From positions 3,348,001 to 3,412,000 of the forward strand of contig OZ059900.1 in assembly GCA_964057225.1 (NCBI GenBank): a DNA stretch of 64,000 nucleotides, written 5' to 3'. The stretch's first letter is position 1. Every line of letters begins with the position of its first letter. Below the pieces are notes generated by a model. That model worked only from the letters and a program-made list of their open reading frames with translations. It did no database searches and was not told the origin of the DNA. Source of the DNA: Auanema rhodensis (lineage: Eukaryota > Animalia > Nematoda). This document shows positions 55,401-64,000 of the stretch, piece after piece. The position numbers and the translations under genes are program-made.

Positions 55401-57300
55401 AAAACTCGGAAAATTCAAAAATTCTTTCTATTTTCGACCTTTTTTGATCAAAATGAATAAATATCAGTGCAAACTCATAAAAATAGACTTATTTCGTGTA
55501 TTATGTGTTTGATTCTCGAATCTTAACGAATATGATCAAAATTTACAAGTATTACAGATTTTGTACCAAAAATCGGTGAGTATATGGTGTTAAAGGCATA
55601 AAAACGACCATACTTAGTGTAGTAATGCTATTTGAGCGAAATTTAGTGATTTAAACATCATTAGTGTTTAATTAATGACTTTTGTTGTCATAGACAATAA
55701 AACTATGCTTCTGATCATATATATGAGCGATTTAGCCAAATTAGACTCAAAACTCGTAAATTTCAAAAATTCTTTCTATTTTCGACCTTTTTTGATCAAA
55801 ATGAATGTATATCAGTGCAAACTCATAAAAATAGACTAATTTTGTTTATTGTGTGTTTGATTTTCAAATCTTAACGAATATAATCAAAATTTACGAGTAT
55901 TACAGATTTTGTACCAAAAATCGGTGAGTATATGGTGTTAAAGGCATAAAAACGACCATACTTAGTGTAGTAAAGCTATTTGAGTGAAATTCAGTATTTA
56001 AACATCACTAGCGTTTAATTGATGACTTTTGTTGTCATAGACAGTAAAACTATGCTTTTGATCATATATATGAGCGATTTAGCCCAATTGGACTCAAAAC
56101 TCGGAAAATTCAAAAATTCTTTCTATTTTCGACCTTTTTTGATCAAAATGAATAAATATCAGTGCAAACTCATAAAAATAGACTTATTTCGTGTATTATG
56201 TGTTTGATTCTCGAATCTTAACGAATATGATCAAAATTTACAAGTATTACAGATTTTGTACCAAAAATCGGTGAGTATATGGTGTTAAAGGCATAAAAAC
56301 GACCATACTTAGTGTAGTAATGCTATTTGAGCGAAAATCAGTATTTAAACATCACTAGCGTTTAATTGATGATTTTTGTTGTCATAGACAATAAAACTAT
56401 GCTTCTGATCATATATATGAGCGATTTAGCCAAATTAGACTCAAAACTCGTAAATTTCAAAAATTCTTTCTATTTTCGACCTTTTTTGATCAAAATGAAT
56501 ATATATCAGTGCAAGCTCATAAAAATAGACTGATTTTGTGTATTGTATGTTTGATTCTCGAATCTTAACGAATATGATCAAAATTTACGAGTATTACAGA
56601 TTTTGTACCAAAAATCGGTGAGTATATGGTGTTAAAGGCATAAAAACGACCATACTTAGTGTAGTAAAGCTATTTGAGTGAAATTCAGTGATTTACACAT
56701 TATTAGTGTATATTTGAAGACTTTTGTTGTCATAGACAATAAAACTATGCTTTTGATCATATATATGAGCGATTTAGCCAAATTAGACTCAAAACTCGGA
56801 AATTTCAAAAATTCTTTCTATTTTCGACCTTTTTTGATCAAAATGAATAAATATCAGTGCAAACTCGTAAAAATAAACTTATTTCGTGTATTGTGTGTTT
56901 GATTCTCGAATCTCACCGAATATGATCAAAATTTACGAGTATCACAGATTTTGTACCAAAAATCGGTGAGTATATGGTGTTAAAGGCATAAAAACGACCA
57001 TACTTAGTGTAGTAATGCTATTTGAGTGAAATTCAGTATTTAAACATCACTAGCGTTTAATTGATGACTTTTGTTGTTATAGACAATAAAACTATGCTTT
57101 TGATCATATATATGAGCGATTTAGCCAAATTGGACTCAAAACTCGGAAATTTCAAAAATTCTTTCTATTTTCGATCTTTTTTGATCAAAATGAATAAATA
57201 TCAGTGCAAACTTGTAAAAATAGACTTATTTCGTGTATTATGTGTTTGATTCTCGAATCTTAACGAATATGATCAAAATTTACAAGTATTACAGATTTTG
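52490..57300 (+). repeat. 6-mer HOR family, second domain, with an 8-mer (2,780 bp) variant
   Basis: ORF offsets 52508/54593 and 53239/55324 = 2,085; 53239/56019, 53898/56678 and 54281/57061 = 2,780. Confidence 0.85.
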
Positions 57301-60300
57301 TACCAAAAATCGGTGAGTATATGGTGTTAAAGGCATAAAAACGACCATACTTAGTGTAGTAATGCTATTTGAGCGAAAATCAGTATTTAAAAATCACTAG
57401 CGTTTAATTGATGATTTTTGTTGTCATAGACAATAAAACTATGCTTCTGATCATATATATGAGCGATTTAGCCAAATTAGACTCAAAACTCGGAAATTTC
57501 AAAAATTCTTTCTATTTTCGACCTTTTTTGATCAAAATGAATATATATCAGTGCAAGCTCATAAAAATAGACTGATTTTGTGTATTGTATGTTTGATTCT
57601 CAAATCTTAACGAATATGATCAAAATTTACAAGTATTACAGATTTTGTACCAAAAATCGGTGAGTATATGGTGTTAAAGGCATAAAAACGACCATACTTA
57701 GTGTAGTAATGCTATTTCAGCGAAAATCAGTATTTAAACATCACTAGCGTTTAATTGATGATTTTTGTTGTCATAGACAATAAAACTATGCTTCTGATTA
57801 TATATATGAGCGATTTAGCCAAATTAGACTCAAAACTCGGAAAATTCAAAAATTCTTTCTATTTTCGACCTTTTTTGATCAAAATGAATAAATATCAGTG
57901 CAAACTTGTAAAAATAGACTTATTTCGTGTATTATGTGTTTGATTCTCGAATCTTAACGAATATGATCAAAATTTACAAGTATTACAGATTTTGTACCAA
58001 AAATCGGTGAGTATATGGTGTTAAAGGCAAAAAAACGACCATACTTAGTGTAGTAATGCTATTTGAGCGAAAATCAGTATTTAAACATCACTAGCGTTTA
58101 ATTGATGATTTTTGTTGTCATAGACAATAAAACTATGCTTCTGATCATATATATGAGCGATTTAGCCAAATTAGACTCAAAACTCGGAAATTTCAAAAAT
58201 TCTTTCTATTTTCGACCTTTTTTGATCAAAATGAATATATATCAGTGCGAGCTCATAAAAATAGACTGATTTTGTGTATTGTATGTTTGATTCTCAAATC
58301 TTAACGAATATGATCAAAATTTACGAGTATTACAGATTTTGTACCAAAAATCGGTGAGTATATGGTGTTAAAGGCATAAAAACGACCATACTTAGTGTAG
58401 TAAAGCTATTTGAGTGAAATTCAGTGATTTACACATCATTAGTGTATATTTGAAGACTTTTGTTATTATAGACAGTAAAACTATGCTTTTGATCATATAT
58501 ATGAGCGATTTAGCCCAATTGGACTCAAAACTCGGAAAATTCAAAAATTCTTTCTATTTTCGACCTTTTTTGATCAAAATGAATAAATATCAGTGCAAAC
58601 TCGTCAAAATAAACTTATTTCGTGTATTGTGTGTTTGATTCTCAAATCTTAACGAATATGATCAAAATTTACGAGTATTACAGATTTTGTACCAAAAATC
58701 GGTGAGTATATGGTGTTAAAGGCATAAAAACGACCATACTTAGTGTAGTAAAGCTATTTGAGTGAAATTCAGTGATTTACACATCATTAGTGTATATTTG
58801 AAGACTTTTGTTATTATAGACAATAAAACTATGCTTCTGATCATATATATGAGCGATTTAGCCCAATTGGACTCAAAACTCGGAAAATTCAAAAATTCTT
58901 TCTATTTTCGACCTTTTTTGATCAAAATCAATATATATCAGTGCAAGCTCATAAAAATAGACTGATTTTGTGTATTGTATGTTTGATTCTCAAATCTTAA
59001 CAAACATGATCAAAATTTACGAGTATTACAGATTTTGTACCAAAAATCGGTGAGTATATGGTGTTAAAGGCATAAAAACGACCATACTTAGTGTAGTAAT
59101 GCTATTTGAGCGAAATTCAGTGATTTACACATTATTAGTGTATATTTGAAGACTTTTGTTATCATAGACAGTAAAACTATGCTTTTGATCATATATATGA
59201 GCGATTTAGCCAAATTAGACTCAAAACTCGGAAATTTCAAAAATTCTTTCTATTTTCGACCTTTTTTGATCAAAATGAATAAATATCAGTGCAAACTCGT
59301 AAAAATAAACTTATTTCGTGTATTGTGTGTTTGATTCTCGAATCTCACCGAATATGATCAAAATTTACGAGTATCACAGATTTTGTACCAAAAATCGGTG
59401 AGTATATGGTGTTAAAGGCATAAAAACGACCATACTTAGTGTAGTAATGCTATTTGAGCGAAATTCAGTATTTAAACATCACTAGCGTTTAATTGATGAC
59501 TTTTGTTGTTATAGACAATAAAACTATGCTTTTGATCTTATATATGAGCGATTTAGCCAAATTAGACTCAAAACTCGGAAATTTCAAAAATTCTTTCTAT
59601 TTTCGACCTTTTTTGATCAAAATGAATAAATATCAGTGCAAACTCGTAAAAATAAACTTATTTCGTGTATTGTGTGTTTGATTCTCGAATCTCACCGAAT
59701 ATGATCAAAATTTACGAGTATCACAGATTTTGTACCAAAAATCGGTGAGTATATGGTGTTAAATTCATAAAAACGACCATACTTAGTGTAGTAATGCTAT
59801 TTGAGCGAAATTTAGTGATTTAAACATCATTAGTGTTTAATTAATGACTTTCGTTGTCATAGACAATAAAACTATGCTTCTGATCATATATATGAGCGAT
59901 TTAGCCAAATTAGACTCAAAACTCGTAAATTTCAAAAATTCTTTCTATTTTCGACCTTTTTTGATCAAAATCAATATATATCAGTGCAAGCTCATAAAAA
60001 TAGACTGATTTTGTGTATTGTATGTTTGATTCTCAAATCTTAACAAACATGATCAAAATTTACGAGTATTACAGATTTTGTACCAAAAATCGGTGAGTAT
60101 ATGGTGTTAAAGGCATAAAAACGACCATACTTAGTGTAGTAATGCTATTTGAGCGAAATTCAGTATTTAAACATCACTAGCGTTTAATTGATGACTTTTG
60201 TTGTCATAGACAATAAAACTATGCTTTTGATCATATATATGAGCGATTTAGCCAAATTAGACTCAAAACTCGGAAATTCCAAAAAATTCTTTCTATTTTC

Positions 60301-63300
60301 GACCTTTTTTGATCAAAATGAATAAATATCAGTGCAAACTCGTAAAAATAAACTTATTTCGTGTATTGTGTGTTTGATTCTCGAATCTCACCGAATATGA
60401 TCAAAATTTACGAGTATCACAGATTTTGTACCAAAAATCGGTGAGTATATGGTGTTAAAGGCATAAAAACGACCATACTTAGTGTAGTAATGCTATTTGA
60501 GTGAAATTCAGTGATTTACACATTATTAGTGTATATTTGAAGACTTTTGTTATCATAGACAGTAAAACTATGCTTTTGATCATATATATGAGCGATTTAG
60601 CCAAATTAGACTCAAAACTAGGAAATTTCAAAAATTCTTTCTATTTTCGACCTTTTTTGATCAAAATGAATAAATATCAGTGCAAACTCGTAAAAATAAA
60701 CTTATTTCGTGTATTGTGTGTTTGATTCTCGAATCTCACCGAATATGATCAAAATTTACGAGTATCACAGTTTTTGTACCAAAAATCGGTGAGTATATGG
60801 TGTTAAAGGCATAAAAACGACCATACTTAGTGTAGTAATGCTATTTGAGCGAAAATCAGTATTTAAACATCACTAGCGTTTAATTGATGACTTTTGTTGT
60901 CATAGACAATAAAACTATGCTTCTGATCATGTTTATGAGCGATTTAGCCAAATTAGACTCAAAACTCGGAAATTTCAAAAATTCTTTCTATTTTCGACCT
61001 TTTTTGATCAAAATGAATATATATCAGTGCAAGCTCATAAAAATAGACTGATTTTGTGTATTGTATGTTTGATTCTAAAATCTTAACGAATATGATCAAA
61101 ATTTACGAGTATTACAGATTTTGTACCAAAAATCGTTGAGTATATGGTGTTAAAGGCATAAAAACGACCATACTTAGTGTAGTAAAGCTATTTGAGTGAA
61201 ATTCAGTGATTTACACATTATTAGTGTATATTTGAAGACTTTTGTTATCATAGACAGTAAAACTATGCTTTTGATCATATATATGAGCGATTTAGCCAAA
61301 TTAGACTCAAAACTCGGAAATTTCAAAAATTCTTTCTATTTTCGACCTTTTTTGATCAAAATGAATATATATCAGTGCAAGCTCATAAAAATAGACTGAT
61401 TTTGTGTATTGTATGTTTGATTCTCAAATCTTAACGAATATGATCAAAATTTACGAGTATTACAGATTTTGTACCAAAAATCGGTGAGTATATGGTGTTA
61501 AAGGCATAAAAACGACCATACTTAGTGTAGTAAAGCTATTTGAGTGAAATTCAGTGATTTACACATCATTAGTGTATATTTGAAGACTTTTGTTATTATA
61601 GACAGTAAAACTATGCTTTTGATCATATATATGAGCGATTTAGCCCAATTGGACTCAAAACTCGGAAAATTCAAAAATTCTTTCTATTTTCGACCTTTTT
61701 TGATCAAAATGAATAAATATCAGTGCAAACTCATAAAAATAGACTTATTTTGTGTATTATGTGTTTGATTCTCGAATCTCACCGAATATGATCAAAATTT
61801 ACGAGTATCACAGATTTTGTACCAAAAATCGGTGAGTATATGGTGTTAAAAGCATAAAAACGACCATACTTAGTGTAGTAATGCTATTTGAGTGAAATTC
61901 AGTATTTAAACATCACTAGCGTTTAATTGATGACTTTTGTTGTTATAGACAATAAAACTATGCTTTTGATCATATATATGAGCGATTTAGCCAAATTGGA
62001 CTCAAAACTCGGAAATTTCAAAAATTCTTTCTATTTTCGATCTTTTTTGATCAAAATGAATAAATATCAGTGCAAACTTGTAAAAATAGACTTATTTCGT
62101 GTATTATGTGTTTGATTCTCGAATCTTAACGAATATGATCAAAATTTACAAGTATTACAGATTTTGTACCAAAAATCGGTGAGTATATGGTGTTAAAGGC
62201 ATAAAAACGACCATACTTAGTGTAGTATTGCTATTTGAGCGAAAATCAGTATTTAAACATCACTAGCGTTTAATTGATGATTTTTGTTGTCATAGACAAT
62301 AAAACTATGCTTCTGATCATATATATGAGCGATTTAGCCAAATTAGACTCAAAACTCGGAAATTTCAAAAATTCTTTCTATTTTCGACCTTTTTTGATCA
62401 AAATGAATATATATCAGTGCAAGCTCATAAAAATAGACTGATTTTGTGTATTGTATGTTTGATTCTCAAATCTTAACGAATATGATCAAAATTTACAAGT
62501 ATTACAGATTTTGTACCAAAAATCGGTGAGTATATGGTGTTAAAGGCATAAAAACGACCATACTTAGTGTAGTAATGCTACTTGAGCGAAAATCAGTATT
62601 TAAACATCACTAGCGTTTAATTGATGATTTTTGTTGTCATAGACAATGAAACTATGCTTCTGATCATATATATGAGCGATTTAGCCAAATTAGACTCAAA
62701 ACTCGGAAAATTCAAAAATTCTTTCTATTTTCGATCTTTTTTGATCAAAATGAATATATATCAGTGCAAGCTCATAAAAATAGACTGATTTTGTGTATTG
62801 TATGTTTGATTCTCAAATCTTAACGAATATGATCAAAATTTACGAGTATTACAGATTTTGTACCAAAAATCGGTGAGTATATGGTGTTAAAGGCATAAAA
62901 ACGACCATACATAGTGTAGTAATGCTATTTGAGCGAAATTCAGTATTTAAACATCACTAGCGTTTAATTGATGACTTTTGTTGTTATAGACAATAAAACT
63001 ATGTTTTTGATCATATATATGAGCGATTTAGCCAAATTAGACTCAAAACTCGGAAATTTCAAAAATTCTTTCTATTTTCGAACTTTTTTTGATCAAAATG
63101 AATAAATATCAGTGCAAAATCATAAAAATAGACTTATTTCGTGTATTATGTGTTTGATTCTCGAATCTTAACGAATATGATCATAATTTACAAGTATTAC
63201 AGATTTTGTACCAAAAATCGGTGAGTATATGGTGTTAGAGGCATAAAAACGACCATACTTAGTGTAGTAATGCTATTTGAGTGAAATTCAGTGATTTAAA

Positions 63301-64000
63301 CATTATTAGTGTATATTTGAAGACTTTTGTTATCATAGACAATAAAACTATGCTTTTGATCATATATATGAGCGATTTAGCCAAATTAGACTCAAAACTC
63401 GGAAATTTCAAAAATTCTTTCTATTTTCGACCTTTTTTGATCAAAATGAATAAATATCAGTGCAAACTCGTAAAAATAAACTTATTTCGTGTATTGTGTG
63501 TTTGATTCTCGAATCTCACCGAATATGATCAAAATTTACGAGTATTACAGATTTTGTACCAAAAATCGGTGAGTATATGGTGTTAAAGGCATAAAAACGA
63601 CCATACTTAGTGTAGTAATGCTATTTGAGCGAAAATCAGTATTTAAACATCACTAGCGTTTAATTGATGACTTTTGTTGTTATAGACAATAAAACTATGC
63701 TTCTGATCATATATATGAGCGATTTAGCCCAATTCGACTCAAAACTCGGAAAATTCAAAAATTCTTTCTATTTTCGACCTTTTTTGATGAAAATGAATAT
63801 ATATCAGTGTAAACTCATAAAAATAGACTGATTTTGTGTATTGTGTGTTTGATTCTCAAATCTTAACAAATATGATCAAATTTTACGAGTATTACAGATT
63901 TTGTACCAAAAATCGGTGAGTATATGGTGTTAAAGGCATAAAAACGACCATACTTAGTGTAGTAATGCTATTTGAGCGAAAATCAGTATTTAAACATCAC

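Larger units (their letters stand above)
1..64000. repeat. Tandem satellite DNA array, 347/348-bp monomer, about 184 copies, likely centromeric/pericentromeric
   Basis: Equivalent positions recur at 1, 348 and 696 (periods 347 and 348). The 348-bp type has an extra G (TTAGTGATTTAAAC or TCAGTGATTT versus TCAGTATTTAAAC). No unique sequence interrupts the array. The centromeric location is inferred from monomer size, homogeneity and HOR structure. Confidence 0.98.
32602..64000 (+). repeat. Forward satellite block to the end of the window (about 90 monomers)
   Basis: Uninterrupted forward monomers; variant composition changes at about 35.3-35.9 kb. Confidence 0.97.

Noticed and set aside
10500-60290. 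Single-base homopolymer indels (T loss near 10508 and 28311, A gain near 60285)
   Set aside because: Ordinary slippage or sequencing error; useful only as markers.
3299-63505. About 48 near-identical 61-101 aa ORFs (MMTFVVIDNK..., MKFSDL...) that could look like a peptide gene array
   Set aside because: They are the same frame of the satellite monomer and pass the length cut-off only when SNPs remove a stop (TGA>TTA) or a 1-bp insertion extends the frame. Most begin at TTG or GTG, their composition is what AT-rich DNA gives, I recognise no domain, and there is no gene structure.
1-64000. CRISPR array or other repeat-spacer system
   Set aside because: There are no unique spacers. The entire 347-bp unit repeats with only point variants, and no cas-like ORFs are present.

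Overview
The whole window is one AT-rich (about 28-29% GC, counted on the first monomer) tandem satellite array of about 184 monomers of 347/348 bp. I see no genes, RNA genes, transposons or unique sequence, and every ORF in the track is a by-product of the repeat. It looks like eukaryotic, probably centromeric or pericentromeric, satellite DNA; from memory, part of it resembles the Brassicaceae ~178-bp centromeric repeats, which is unverified. The interest lies in the architecture. (1) The array switches strand four times: + 1-1552, - 1551-14794, + 14799-19355, - 19354-32597, + 32602-64000. (2) These are two original junctions copied by an apparently identical 17,803-bp (51-monomer) tandem duplication. 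(3) The junctions are fold-back inverted repeats with short spacers (45 and about 38 nt) and show a 2-nt microhomology, small templated-looking insertions and a nearby 27-nt deletion. (4) The right end of the inverted block mirrors its own right flank, which argues against a simple two-break inversion. (5) At about 35.3 kb the array changes to a second variant subfamily built of interleaved 6-mer (2,085 bp) and 9-mer (3,126 bp) higher-order repeats (HORs), each with its own 8-mer derivative. (6) The 347-bp monomer is itself a diverged dimer of about 170-180-bp units. I found no support for a novel protein-coding system.
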